Part shown: piece after piece, positions 46,301 to 56,323 of the stretch
How the letters are laid out: each line of letters starts with the position of its first letter
How positions within the stretch are numbered: the first letter of the stretch is position 1
Virus record (IMG/VR): IMGVR_UViG_3300042196_000093
Length of the DNA stretch: 64,000 nucleotides
Origin: a virus
Reading direction: 5' to 3' (one strand)
Made by a program: the position numbers and the translations under genes
Notes under the pieces: generated by a model
What the model was told of the DNA's origin: nothing
Database searches by the model: none
The model's input: only the letters and a program-made list of their open reading frames with translations

Positions 46301-49300
46301 GGAATCTGAGCGAGCATACCGACTATCGGGATTTTCCTGATCGCCGAGCCGATCTTGCTCAAGCCTGTACCAATGCCACCGATGAACTTCTCGGACAGTG
46401 TGGCAGCCGCCTTTAGAGCGGCAGGAATCATGCCTTCAAAGCCCTGTCGCATGAACTGGCTGGTTATTTCCCGTAGTGCGTTCACACCCAGCAGCATCTG
46501 GTGGCCCATGAGCGCACCCAATGCGGGCAGACGCATCAGGGCATCACGGAGAGGGCCACGCTCAGGCAATGAAGCAGGCAAGGTCTTGGCAATTTCCTTG
46601 ACCAGTGTATCTGCACCCTTAGCAACCTGATCTTTTCCGGCAACAAGCCCCTGCGCGATACTGGCGGCAATTTTCACACCAGCTTCGCCACGAGCCGACA
46701 GCTTCCCAGACACTTGCTGCATGGCCCCGCGAATGGCGAGTTCCATCTCTGAGGCAATGGCCTGCTTGCCCTTGTCGCCGAACTCGATTCCTTTGACGTT
46801 CTTGAATTCCTCACGCAGCGCCTTGAGAAGACGATCTGCAATGGAGGAAAAGTCTATGGAACCTTCGATACCCTGTTGGATCAACTGACCGAGTGAGCGT
46901 AGTGCAAAAGCCTCGAACCCCTTCAATTCGCCACGAGCACCGGCTCCGCCCGGCACTTTGATCTTGTTGACCATCGAGCGCATCTTGTCCATCAACCCGA
47001 CCATGCGGGATACGCTGGCGATGACCTTCGGTGAAAATTGATTAGTGAATGCCGCCATCCGCTCTGGGTTGGCCTGCAACCTCTTGAGCAGCGTTACCAG
47101 ATTGGCAAAACCATCGCCCAATTTCTTGATGCGCTCTACGGGCTTCTGTGAAATTTCATTCAGGATGGCGAGTACAGCTTGTAGCTCATCCTCAGACTCA
47201 CCAAGCGCGTTGATCGCGGCCAACTCCGGCGCGTTCTTCATGCGCTCGCGCACGGGGGTCAGCGGAGCTTTTTCAATTTCCGCTGCGGATGTCTTGGTCA
47301 ACAGCAACGCGATCAAGTCGCGTAGCTGGCCAGTGCTGCCTTGATCCATGCGTGCGCCCTGTCGCGCAGGCTTTGTTGTGGCCTTCGTCTGGTCAGCCGC
47401 CGTAGCCAGTTCCTTCATGGACTGGCCGCCCTCGTCAATGGCGAGCTTGGCTTTTTCCAGCGCATCAGCTACACGCCGGGTCTGCATGGACAATTCACGC
47501 TGGGCTTTGGTGCCATCCTGCACTACACCTTCATGCACCTTCGCGGCGTCAGCTACACCTTCCTCAGCAACCTTTACCTCTGCCAACACTGTACTAGCTG
47601 AACCAGTCAGTCTGGCAATTTCCTCCTCGCGGATGGCACTCTGTTGAAGTGCTTTGTTCAGTTGTTTTTGAACAGCCTTCGAGGACGCCTTTTCACTCAC
47701 CAATGCCTTAGCAGCTTTTTCTTCTTCATCGAGTGTCCGCTGCTGGAGTTCAAAATCTGCGGCCTGAGCCTTGAGCGCAAGAGTCGCTTTATCCGTAAAC
47801 ACCACAAGTTCTTGACCGGCAGCAGACTGTGCGGCCAGAGTGCTCAGGAACTGCGTACCTTCTGTCTTCGTGATCGTGTTGAATTTTGCAGTAAATTCCT
47901 TCACTACATTCGGCAAGCGTGTCAAAGCCGTTCGTGTAGCAAGCAGAGTGTCGCTAACCTCTACCAATCGGCGGGTCATACCTTTTTCCGCTACTGCCGA
48001 TTCCTGAGTCTTCTCCTGTAGGTCTTTGAATGTCTTGCTGATATTTTCCAGCACGGCTTTATCCGCGCCGGTCGAACGCTCTATGACAGCCGCACGGTTA
48101 GCTTCTGCTTTCTGGAGGCGCTCCGAGGCATCAGCTAACCGCTGCTGGGCTGCTGCTGCTTTCTTCTGTGCTTCTACTTTTTCCAGAGGGCTGATGGCCG
48201 CCTTGGTCGCGTCTTCAAGGCGCTTGAATTCAGATTCATTATGACGCACCTGACCGGCCAGCACCGAAATCTGTTTCGAGAACTTGATGAACGCAGCAGC
48301 ACCCTGCGTTGTAGTAGTGGATTTCTCCAATGCAGCCGCAGCCTGCTCTTGTTCTTGCTCCAACAGCTTTGTTGCTGCCTGCTGCTGCTCCAGACTTGCC
48401 CGAAGGTCTACTAGCTCTGTGAGCAGTTGTGTCTCAGCGGCTTGCACACGTTTGGCGATCTGCACACGCAGTGCAGTGACAGCTTCCTGATCTTGGACTG
48501 TGCCTTGATCGGAAGCCGCCTTCTTTTCCAGAGCAGCCATCTCCGCCTTCATTATCGAGATGGAGGCTTCGGAAGTACCTGTCAATTTCAACGCTGCATC
48601 AATGCGTGCTTGCAAGGCTGCACGAAGTTTTTCCTCCGCACTGTCTAATTGCAGCCGGTTAGCTTCACGTGTTTTTACATCCATTCCCGTAGCATCAGCC
48701 AACCGCTCAAACTGGCTACGCATCTCTTTGAAATTCGGGAGGGCTTGTTCAATTTCACGAGCTAGTGCAATCGACGCCTGAAAATCCGCAGGATCGAGGG
48801 TTTCTGAAAGACTGCTCATGTGGGCAGCAGTCTGACGTGTGGCGTCCTCTAGCTTTCTGGCCAAGCCCGTCAGGCCCTCAAACGAGACGGCCATCTCGCG
48901 CATAACATTTTCTGTCTTCTCCAATTCACCAGACATGAGCTTCTGGTTGCTGATCTGGAGTTCAGAAACGGCCTGCTCCAACTTCTTCCGCTTGAGCCCT
49001 GCCTCAGCAACAATCTTTTCCGCACGCAGGACTTCCGTTAGTTCATTCTGGAGTTTGGCAGCACGCTCATCCGCAGCCGCCTTCCGCTTCGTAGATTCCT
49101 GCTCTGGTGTACCGGCTGTAAGGCCAGCCCCAGCGCCACCTGCACGCCGATTGAGGAAGCCTGCGATCTTGTCCAGACCAAGGACGCTTGCGATGCCGCC
49201 CGCGACACGGAAGGCTGCGGAAAAGGCCGACCGGAATGACTTGGCGAGATTGGTGCCTGCCAAAGAAAGCTGTCTGCGCGTGGCCGCAGCAGAAAACGGA

Positions 49301-51933
49301 GCAAGCAACACAGCCTTGACCACGGAGGTGCCAGCTTTGATTCCAGAAGCGAAGGCTGTGGCTGTGTCAATGCCGATACGTGCGATGGTTGAACGGATCG
49401 GACGACTATTACGTTGAATTTCCTGCGTCAGCTTTTGGATGGCTTCCTGCGAAAGCTCCTTGCTCAACGTGTTCGTCAAGCTACGAAGCTGTGTGTCTGT
49501 TTCAATGATACTCTGCTGCACAGCATTGAACGGCATTTTCAGAAGGTGTGCAGCAGCTACTAGCTTCTCAATTTCCTTCCGCTGTGCCTCAAGCTGTTGC
49601 CGTCCCTTAGCTGGGTCAAGGACAGACGTTCCTGTAGCGAGTCTCTTTGCCAAACTTTCTGAACGCATCCGTACATCGGCTAATTTTTCCTCAACAGCCT
49701 TGAGCTTCGCACGGCGAGCAATTTCATCATCCCCAAACGCAGCATTTTCACGCAGAAGCACAAGTTGTTGTTCAAGTTGTGTACGCTGATCCTTGATCCC
49801 CTGTGTGCGCTTCTGGAGAACCTCAACAGCCTTTTTCCCTGCCTGATCCTCAGTGAGTTCAGTAAGCCCGAAAAACTGCTTGATGCGCTCACCGATGGCC
49901 ACGGTGCCCTTGAACACGCGAGCAGTCAGCCTGCTCACCATGTCCGGTATTGTCTGCGTGGCGAAGGCTTTCACCTGTCGCGGCAAGAACAGCAGGAAAT
50001 CTTTTACAGGCTCCACCAACTGTCGGCGGACTACAGGCCAGATCGTAGAGGCAGCATCCTTGAGCACACCGAAGCTGGCTGACGCCAAGTTCTTCACGGT
50101 GCGCAAAATCAGTGGCGTGAACACAGCACCGAAACCAATGGCCAACAGAGGTGCGAGTCCAGCAATCGTCTGTCCGGCAAAAGCAAAGGCTGTCGTGATT
50201 GTTCTAGGGTCTACGAAGACGCCCCAGAATCTCTTGCTCAGTTCCAACCCAATATCAAGCAGGCCGGAGAACGTGTTGACGAGTCCTTCGATGAAACCCG
50301 AGGCGGCCTTGACCGCAGCGCCAGAGCTAAACGCATCCGTGACTACCGTGCCTGTTGCTTTGGCTTTATCCGCAACCTGCGTGAAGCCGCCCAACAGCCT
50401 GTCGCGGAATAGATTGAGAGGTGAAAGGAATGGGACTATGGAGCCCGTGGCACCGAACAGCATCAAGCTAAGAAGTGAACCAGTGCCGAGTGTGCCTGCA
50501 CGACCGACAATCGAGAGCGCCCTGCGGCCCATCTCAAAGAGACGCGCCCCCAGCCCTTTGACAGATGTTCCTGCCTTCTGGGCTGCGGGCGCGATGTTGG
50601 AAATACCTTGCTGTACTTCCTTCGTTGCCTTTGTGGCTGACGAACGAACTACCTCGACGGCTGCGAGCGCATCACGGGCTCCTTGACGCCCGATCTTGTT
50701 GAACAGTGCATCGGCCTTGTCGATGAACTGATCCATCTGCTTTATCATTGTCTTCGAGGTCGTCTCCAGCAGAGCAGCAAGACGTTTGATCGCATCCTCT
50801 ATGCGGGAAATTCCTGAGAGTGCTTCCTTGAATTGTCCAACCACCTTCTTGATGCGCTTGTCCAAGCCACCCTTGGCGAACTCCGTAATCATCCGGGCAA
50901 TTGGGCGTGCATTGCGGGCCAGCGCATCAAGTATGGGGAACAGACTACGCAGCGCACGCAAGAACAAGGTGGTCTGCGCCCGGCCATCACCGGCTGAGGC
51001 TCGAATCCTGAGCAGCCAATCGCTGACCTTGGCGGCGGCAAGCCTGATGCCGGAAATTCCGACAAAGGCCATTGCAAGGAACGGGCTCACCACAGCAGTC
51101 AAGCCGCCAACGCCGGTCGTGATGATCGTGAGTATGCCAGCAGTGGCTGTGAGGCCAGAGGTGATGAAGAACATGCGCTCAATGAAGATGCGCGTCGTAG
51201 CCAACATTTCCGTCAAGCCTGCGTTGAGCGTCTCAAGCAGGACAACGAATTTCTGCACCTGCGTTTCAGGCCGCCGTCCAAGGAACCGCAACGTCAGCCC
51301 TGTGAGCGCACGCAAGCCCGTGGTAATCAACGCCACGACCGTCGTCACCGACAGCAGGGATTGGGTCACGTCTACAAAGAAGCCGAGCAGGAATGGAAAA
51401 TCCAGACTCTTGACTGCCATAAGGACTTTGCCGAGGATTCCGGCAAAGCCTGCGCCCTGCGTAATGAACTTAGGGAAAATGGCTTCGAGCTTGAAGCTGC
51501 CCTGCACCAGACGCTCGATCAGAAGTGTGGCACCGAACAACTGGCCAAGGACCATCGGGCTCAGGCGCGAGACACCACGGGAAATCTTGTTGACGAACGA
51601 GGTGATGAAATCGTCGGTCTGGCCTTCGATCTTATTTACAGCACCACCGAATGACCGCTCGATCTGTTCGCTGGTGTTGCCTACCCTGCCGTCCAGCGAG
51701 TCAAAGACACCTTCGGCCACGGTGCGGAAGCGTTCAGTAAGTGAGGAAATCTTCTCAACACCATCAGCGATCTTTTCGATCTGGGTTACAATACGATCAT
51801 CGAAGGAGACCTTGATCTCCTGCTTGCCACTAAGAGCCTCGTCCAGCTTTTCCCCGAGCTTCTCCAAGCTCTTGAAAATGCCGTCGAGGTTAGCGACAAA
51901 ATTTACGCCGACTTCGCCAATCGTGACTGCCAT
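43324..51933 (-). CDS. tail tape measure protein (2869 aa)
   Basis: MAVTIGEVGVNFVANLDG start; long helical Ala/Leu/Glu-rich sequence with hydrophobic segments; follows the chaperone pair. Confidence 0.95.
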   Translation of the reverse strand: MAVTIGEVGVNFVANLDGIFKSLEKLGEKLDEALSGKQEIKVSFDDRIVTQIEKIADGVEKISSLTERFRTVAEGVFDSLDGRVGNTSEQIERSFGGAVNKIEGQTDDFITSFVNKISRGVSRLSPMVLGQLFGATLLIERLVQGSFKLEAIFPKFITQGAGFAGILGKVLMAVKSLDFPFLLGFFVDVTQSLLSVTTVVALITTGLRALTGLTLRFLGRRPETQVQKFVVLLETLNAGLTEMLATTRIFIERMFFITSGLTATAGILTIITTGVGGLTAVVSPFLAMAFVGISGIRLAAAKVSDWLLRIRASAGDGRAQTTLFLRALRSLFPILDALARNARPIARMITEFAKGGLDKRIKKVVGQFKEALSGISRIEDAIKRLAALLETTSKTMIKQMDQFIDKADALFNKIGRQGARDALAAVEVVRSSATKATKEVQQGISNIAPAAQKAGTSVKGLGARLFEMGRRALSIVGRAGTLGTGSLLSLMLFGATGSIVPFLSPLNLFRDRLLGGFTQVADKAKATGTVVTDAFSSGAAVKAASGFIEGLVNTFSGLLDIGLELSKRFWGVFVDPRTITTAFAFAGQTIAGLAPLLAIGFGAVFTPLILRTVKNLASASFGVLKDAASTIWPVVRRQLVEPVKDFLLFLPRQVKAFATQTIPDMVSRLTARVFKGTVAIGERIKQFFGLTELTEDQAGKKAVEVLQKRTQGIKDQRTQLEQQLVLLRENAAFGDDEIARRAKLKAVEEKLADVRMRSESLAKRLATGTSVLDPAKGRQQLEAQRKEIEKLVAAAHLLKMPFNAVQQSIIETDTQLRSLTNTLSKELSQEAIQKLTQEIQRNSRPIRSTIARIGIDTATAFASGIKAGTSVVKAVLLAPFSAAATRRQLSLAGTNLAKSFRSAFSAAFRVAGGIASVLGLDKIAGFLNRRAGGAGAGLTAGTPEQESTKRKAAADERAAKLQNELTEVLRAEKIVAEAGLKRKKLEQAVSELQISNQKLMSGELEKTENVMREMAVSFEGLTGLARKLEDATRQTAAHMSSLSETLDPADFQASIALAREIEQALPNFKEMRSQFERLADATGMDVKTREANRLQLDSAEEKLRAALQARIDAALKLTGTSEASISIMKAEMAALEKKAASDQGTVQDQEAVTALRVQIAKRVQAAETQLLTELVDLRASLEQQQAATKLLEQEQEQAAAALEKSTTTTQGAAAFIKFSKQISVLAGQVRHNESEFKRLEDATKAAISPLEKVEAQKKAAAAQQRLADASERLQKAEANRAAVIERSTGADKAVLENISKTFKDLQEKTQESAVAEKGMTRRLVEVSDTLLATRTALTRLPNVVKEFTAKFNTITKTEGTQFLSTLAAQSAAGQELVVFTDKATLALKAQAADFELQQRTLDEEEKAAKALVSEKASSKAVQKQLNKALQQSAIREEEIARLTGSASTVLAEVKVAEEGVADAAKVHEGVVQDGTKAQRELSMQTRRVADALEKAKLAIDEGGQSMKELATAADQTKATTKPARQGARMDQGSTGQLRDLIALLLTKTSAAEIEKAPLTPVRERMKNAPELAAINALGESEDELQAVLAILNEISQKPVERIKKLGDGFANLVTLLKRLQANPERMAAFTNQFSPKVIASVSRMVGLMDKMRSMVNKIKVPGGAGARGELKGFEAFALRSLGQLIQQGIEGSIDFSSIADRLLKALREEFKNVKGIEFGDKGKQAIASEMELAIRGAMQQVSGKLSARGEAGVKIAASIAQGLVAGKDQVAKGADTLVKEIAKTLPASLPERGPLRDALMRLPALGALMGHQMLLGVNALREITSQFMRQGFEGMIPAALKAAATLSEKFIGGIGTGLSKIGSAIRKIPIVGMLAQIPFAVAGAVTKALGVVAAGIARMGAEIAGSVTNLVKETSTKLLKLSLDATRLRLDPNDLQRFGEAMGMLGGSASDAEAGLQQLIQSIEQVARGSAPELEAAFADAGLSLAQLRTMKSDEVFLRIANAANEASGDIRRQSDLLRLIGADFSNLRGVVLQGSEKIASAFEKANKNPPIDPKTLELARKFAGIMAQIQQTIERIKIIVFEELAPVLNDALSSFGDNSAAQIDFILENIRTAVRIVINTITLVVNFIRDRYIDANDGVQKLFTDIVVAAKIAFSSLGPILDVVLEHGSKLAMAALEAVWASVAGQTKSALGKVLIDVVAFAAMVANLMLSPFEAAWDFIKMLLERIWAGLKLGFLETINALTSVFQAFIDNSINPVIDLINEISEAFGGEAILERIDLGGSFDEEIKGVHKEMAKLQKEDIPNFFDVVKDKFEETQKDIDKASKSLKDALDIKIATGEVDAFIDGLKGADNEAERLRATIEKLNKDGILTTELTGEETVAELRKALTKAASGGLIPPGAVSEGTERLRREAIVALENVADETGRALKKAFELGFDKVAEEFPEVIELLKQIGVEGQRELDATAVRLVTLRKEQEKLNVKTKENLATQKDISLELIEQRRALDAFRRGFDLRKELQGLTDSFVGPFTAAQREMDELSLQMKEKVLELQEVFKDFSLTLNLDQQLVSTMEMAKGLGITTEQAAGSLNELTLATLELQDAMAMLSSASPETRAGVEARVTAARARLAAAEALAHESITTIQGDLTDGVSKGFEDGMRVAASKPIVNILRTNLIEPVLGAFKATIKGLVDGTLIEAAREAEKVAEITGQKFSRALFVIADFGKKLFETAFDSLLESTFNNLTEGLSASIQDAFKDAEGSATGLGDAAGAAIAAAIQAAIALAGLILSRLQGEISATEEAVESIVESSEAIRGVISGTTTVAIKEAEDAFRDAQRPIVVRLDTIINLMRAAIGGGNIPSIPLSGAGSTAIGP

Positions 51934-52667
51934 CTATTTCTTCCGTCCCTGTCTTGGTCCTGCCCTTACACTCCCGCGCATTCTCTGGTGGAAGCTCTGC
52001 ATCTTACTTACGATCTGGGCTCCTGTCTGCGCTTCGACCGCACTGTTGAGGGCGTTCCCATCCATCTGGAGAGTCCCGTCTGTGACACCAGACCAGAGCG
52101 CCCCGGTTGGCCTGCCAGTCATTTTAGCCATCAACAGGTCGATCTTGCCAGCATCTCTCCAGACCTTTACTTCCTTGTTCGTGAGCCCGGACTCATCCTT
52201 CTTATTTTCCTGTGCCTTGTGCTGCTCCCTTGTGACCGGGCGTGCTGCCCGTGCTGGAGTCGAGCCTGTCTTCGCAAACTCCTGTAGCCCGTACAGCCCC
52301 TCTTGCTGATTGATCAGAGCGTCGATGGCCTTCTGGATTGCCGTCGAGGCGTCCTTGCCAACCTTGGGGTCGAACAAGGACGCCACCGCCATCGACACTG
52401 CCATGCCGAACTCACGCTGCTTTTCCATCCGGTCCTGAATGGAGGAAAGCAGATATGCCTTGAAATCCTTGAGCGTGCAGCCCCAGCGGATGAACTCTGG
52501 GGAAAATCCTGCGCCGATCAGTTGAGACTCGGCCCGCCTTTGATCTAGCTCGCTACGGGCGTCTTCAAGGGCTCGCTCGGCGTCACCGGCAAGCTCGTCA
52601 AGGGACTCGGCGAGGGATTGTCGTTTGTCTCTTTGACCCACCCCGCCTTGGTCAGAGCTTTTTTTAG
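51934..52667 (-). CDS. tail assembly chaperone, frameshifted C-terminal extension (gpT-like)
   Basis: In the -1 frame relative to the upstream chaperone and open from the slippery site at 52659-52665. Confidence 0.8.
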
Positions 52668-53078
52668 TTTTGTGAAGTTCAACTCGTAGATGGCCTTGAG
52701 GATCGGCACGATGTCTTCGACCATCAGGTCATGGGCATCATCGGTGCCGAATGTCTTCTTGCCGTCGTCACGGATGCTGAGTTCCACGATCTTGAATAGA
52801 GGCTCCGGGTCATCACCCATCGCGCCCATGAGCATTTCCAGCAAGCCGATCAACTGGTTGACGTTGACCTTCTTCTTGCCGCCTTCATCCTCCGCAGCGT
52901 CCCAGAGCCCACGAAACATGGATTCCAAGTCCCCTGCTCCACGGATTCTGGTGACGATTTTCCTGATTGACCCAATGGCCTGTACGAAGCCAAAGGACGA
53001 GAATTCCTGCACAGTGAGCCTTTTCCCACCGCGCAGTTCAATTTCTCGTGTTTCCGCTGTGTCGATCTTTCGAGCCAT
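52545..53078 (-). CDS. tail assembly chaperone (gpG-like)
   Basis: Lies between the major tail and tape measure genes; ATG 53078 after AAGGGGG. Confidence 0.8.
   Translation of the reverse strand: MARKIDTAETREIELRGGKRLTVQEFSSFGFVQAIGSIRKIVTRIRGAGDLESMFRGLWDAAEDEGGKKKVNVNQLIGLLEMLMGAMGDDPEPLFKIVELSIRDDGKKTFGTDDAHDLMVEDIVPILKAIYELNFTKLKKALTKAGWVKETNDNPSPSPLTSLPVTPSEPLKTPVAS
52659..52665 (-). other. programmed -1 frameshift site A AAA AAA
   Basis: CTA AAA AAA GCT in frame 0; a -1 shift reads KSSDQGGVGQRDKRQ into the downstream ORF. Confidence 0.8.
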
Positions 53079-53101
53079 GAATTTCCCCCTTGCTGAAAAG
53101 A

Positions 53102-53135
53102 ACTCGCCCCCGGCTAGGAGCATCCGGGGGCGAGT
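53102..53135 (-). terminator. probable terminator after the major tail gene
   Basis: ACTCGCCCCCGG / CCGGGGGCGAGT stem, then TCTTTT on the minus strand. Confidence 0.7.
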
Positions 53136-53170
53136 CTATCCAACTGGTATTTCCACTGCAAGACTGCTGC

Positions 53171-54406
53171 TTACGCAACAGCCGAGCAGGACGTGGCATT
53201 GCTCTGCACGAAGAAGTCAGAGAAGTTGCACGCCTGCACGAAGCGGCCACGACGACCGTCGCCGCCCGTCAGGATGGTGGCCTTGAGAGGGGCCATCATA
53301 AATTCCTGCGGGTTGACGGTGATGTTGCCGCCGATTTCGAGGTTCACACGATAGAACTCGTAGAACCCCTGCGGGCCGGACGTGGACAGAATCTGGAGCT
53401 TCATTGCGCCCTCCAGAACCTGACCGGACTGCAACTGGTACTCGACTGCTTCACGCTCGAAGGTGAACGTCACCTTCACTTCTGCGCCGTTGGGGATAGC
53501 CCCGTCCGCGATGCGCTCGATGGTTGCCGCAGCCGTAGCCACGAAACCACCGAAAGCAAACGGACCAGCGCCTACGTCGGCGATCAAAGCCGCACCAGTA
53601 ACAGTCACCGAGGCCGGGGCCGCGAAACTGAGGCTGTTGTGGTTGATCGTCAACACAGCGGCTGCCGATGTGGCGTGGTAGCTGCTGCTGTAGGCGTTGA
53701 TGGCTTCCGCATAGGCTGCCGCCAGTGCGGTTGTTGAACCGGCTGCCGCGCCGGTCTCCACTTCGGTGCCGCTGGTGATGACGGTCAACGTACCGTCATC
53801 CTCTGTCAACGTCAGGGTGTTGCCCGCCGCCGCCGTAAAGGTGGCGAAGGTCAACGTGGCAAAGTCGAACACACCCTGCACTGCCTGCGTGAAGGTGTAG
53901 TCTACCGTGTCGATGTAGGTGACGTTGCCAGCGACATTGGTGACGCTGATGAGAGTCAGATCGACCTCATTCAACGCACCCCCGTCAACGCGCTCCTGCG
54001 CGATGCCGGGTGCCACTTCGGACGGGGTTGTCCCGATCAGGCGAGGACGAGTGCTCTCGTGCCACACGCTGAGAGCGTTTGCTACGCCGTCACGAAGTAG
54101 GACTTGGGCTGGGCGGAACAGAAGTTCCAGATTGCGACCGACCACTTCCGAGAGGTTCATCGTCACTTCGCCAACGAGGTCGTTGATGAGGCGCTTGATG
54201 GTCTGGAAGGTGCCCTGTCGCGCTGACTTCTTTTCCGCGAAGGTTTCAGCGATGTTGATTTCAATGTCCGAGACATCGCCAAGCTCGAAGTATTCGGACT
54301 GGCGGCCCTGCGCATCAAACGGCGCGAACCACACAGAAATTCGTGACGGCAGCACGAGGTTCTGTGGGTTGAAAGGGCTCACCACCGAACGTCCGATGGA
54401 AGGCAT
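53171..54406 (-). CDS. major tail tube protein with inserted Ala/Thr-rich accessory domains
   Basis: YFELGDVSDIEINI N-terminal tube-like segment; upstream of the chaperones; followed by a terminator. Confidence 0.8.
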   Translation of the reverse strand: MPSIGRSVVSPFNPQNLVLPSRISVWFAPFDAQGRQSEYFELGDVSDIEINIAETFAEKKSARQGTFQTIKRLINDLVGEVTMNLSEVVGRNLELLFRPAQVLLRDGVANALSVWHESTRPRLIGTTPSEVAPGIAQERVDGGALNEVDLTLISVTNVAGNVTYIDTVDYTFTQAVQGVFDFATLTFATFTAAAGNTLTLTEDDGTLTVITSGTEVETGAAAGSTTALAAAYAEAINAYSSSYHATSAAAVLTINHNSLSFAAPASVTVTGAALIADVGAGPFAFGGFVATAAATIERIADGAIPNGAEVKVTFTFEREAVEYQLQSGQVLEGAMKLQILSTSGPQGFYEFYRVNLEIGGNITVNPQEFMMAPLKATILTGGDGRRGRFVQACNFSDFFVQSNATSCSAVA

Positions 54407-54416
54407 CAGTTACTCC

Positions 54417-55115
54417 TTAGATGAACCGTGTGTACTTTGCCATGAGCGTAAATCCTGCCTTTGCACGTCCTGATCCCACACGTTCGAGAATTCGGGGTTC
54501 ATTCACCGGCACACATCGCTGCACCGCGAGGTCTGGCTGTCGGACTTTCAGCCGTTGACCAGTTTGTGTGTCCAGTAATTCCGACTCGACTGTGAAACCT
54601 ATCGGTGTAAAGAACAATGACCACACGCGCATAGCAGTATCGAGGGCTGTTCGGGCAGGCGAGGAGTCTACTACCACCTCGACTGTCGTAACCTGCTGGT
54701 TCGCATCTTGCCGAGCCCTCAGATCAAACGATCCTGCATCCGACAGGAACCCAACCAAACTTCCCTCGTAAGCATGGTCTTGAAAAAGGTCATCCGAAGT
54801 CAAGCCCCAAAAGACGTTTTTGTAAATTTCCGCAGGGATGAAATCGTGGATTTCCACCTGTGGTATTGGAGCCTGCCCAGCAGGCAGGTTGGCGAGTACA
54901 CCCGGTGCAATAGGAACGTCTACAGGAAAACGAATTGCCACCAGATAAGCCGCCAATGCCTGTGAGATGGTAGACCGAATGCGGAATTGCCGTGGGTAAA
55001 TACGATGGCGGCGAATGGCGTCAATATCCATGCCCTCAGCCGGGGCACGCTGACGCACTTCGAGGGTGTCTGCCCCTTCCTCGATCACCACGAACAGGTC
55101 GTCAAAGTTTGGCAT
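54417..55115 (-). CDS. putative tail terminator/completion protein
   Basis: Position directly upstream of the major tail gene. Confidence 0.5.
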   Translation of the reverse strand: MPNFDDLFVVIEEGADTLEVRQRAPAEGMDIDAIRRHRIYPRQFRIRSTISQALAAYLVAIRFPVDVPIAPGVLANLPAGQAPIPQVEIHDFIPAEIYKNVFWGLTSDDLFQDHAYEGSLVGFLSDAGSFDLRARQDANQQVTTVEVVVDSSPARTALDTAMRVWSLFFTPIGFTVESELLDTQTGQRLKVRQPDLAVQRCVPVNEPRILERVGSGRAKAGFTLMAKYTRFI

Positions 55116-55511
55116 TTAGAACTCATCCAAGTATTTCCGCAGATCGCCTGTAGGGGGCACCTGCACACCATGCTTGCTGATGAGGAAATCCAGCGTGAGG
55201 GCGTTTATGAAAACACCCGCGTTGTGCTCAACCTCCTCAATGATCCAGATGACGCCCGGCAAGTGCCGCAAGATCAGGCCTGTACCGATGACGAAGTATC
55301 TGTTCGTGGTCTTGGTTGCCGGGCAAGACAAAGAGGCGTTGATCTCAACTCGTTTTTCCTTCGGGCCAATCCACGTGCGGCGCTTATCGTCCCACGAGCA
55401 AGGAATTCTGCACTTGACGAAATCGTCGAGGCACAGGCCCTCGTAGAGAGCCTTGGGTTTGGACACGCGGGGGATAATGGCCACAACCATGTGTGGGTTG
55501 TAAAAAACCAT
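55116..55511 (-). CDS. putative head-closure protein
   Basis: Size, position and beta-rich sequence. Confidence 0.45.
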   Translation of the reverse strand: MVFYNPHMVVAIIPRVSKPKALYEGLCLDDFVKCRIPCSWDDKRRTWIGPKEKRVEINASLSCPATKTTNRYFVIGTGLILRHLPGVIWIIEEVEHNAGVFINALTLDFLISKHGVQVPPTGDLRKYLDEF

Positions 55512-56314
55512 TAGTCATCTCCCACGGCTTGCTTTAGCAATTTCACTATGCGGGAGAGCGCGAAGGCTACGAGTGCAGGCAGAGCAAGGATTCCAGCGGC
55601 ACCCATCGACCCGACCAGCGCAGCAATAGCCGCAGACACGCCGAAGCCGCCAGCGGCAGCCGTCAAGATGTCCTCCAGATCAGACCGCTTGGTCACGCTG
55701 TCGATTATCCTCTGGGCTTCGCTTGCTGTCTGCATGAGCTTTGCCGCCTCATCCTGCATACTGACCAGTTCAGACTCGGCTGCGGATATTCTGGAAGACC
55801 GGCTCTCGAAGTCTGCAATCTGGCCTTCGACCTCCGTGACCTTCTTGTTCTCCGGTGCCTTACGCAGATCGCGCCTGAGTTCTTCTGCTACAGATTTTGC
55901 CTCCTTCGCAAACTCCGTCAGCATCGAGCGTTCACGGCGTACAACACCAAGAGCCGCCTTGGCGTAAGTCTCAATTTCCCCCAGCGTCTCCCTGAGCTTG
56001 CGAAGTTTTTCTTCCTCGAAGCCGGAGAGTTCCCTGTCGTTCAGAACACTCTTGGGGTCGATGTCCGAGACTTTGAACTTCTGCCCGGCTTGCGTGAGGA
56101 TGAATTCCGTGTTGCTCGTAGAGGCTTTGTTGAGGCGCTCTCGCAGGGCGTTCTCGAATTGCTTGTCTGAGGTGAACATCGTCCGAATCATCTCGGAAAT
56201 GTCGCTGGTCAAACTACTGTTGAGGTCGGCTAATTTCACGCCGACTTCTTCACGCAGTTTCTCTCCGCGCTCTGCGTCAGTTTCAAAGCCCAGAAGTCGG
56301 CTCTCTAAAGACAC
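55511..56314 (-). CDS. coiled-coil protein with a hydrophobic Gly/Ala-rich C-terminus
   Basis: ORF track; C-terminal AAAGGFGVSAAIAALVGSMGAAGILALPALVAFAL. Confidence 0.65.
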   Translation of the reverse strand: MSLESRLLGFETDAERGEKLREEVGVKLADLNSSLTSDISEMIRTMFTSDKQFENALRERLNKASTSNTEFILTQAGQKFKVSDIDPKSVLNDRELSGFEEEKLRKLRETLGEIETYAKAALGVVRRERSMLTEFAKEAKSVAEELRRDLRKAPENKKVTEVEGQIADFESRSSRISAAESELVSMQDEAAKLMQTASEAQRIIDSVTKRSDLEDILTAAAGGFGVSAAIAALVGSMGAAGILALPALVAFALSRIVKLLKQAVGDD

Positions 56315-56323
56315 TGCTGCTCC

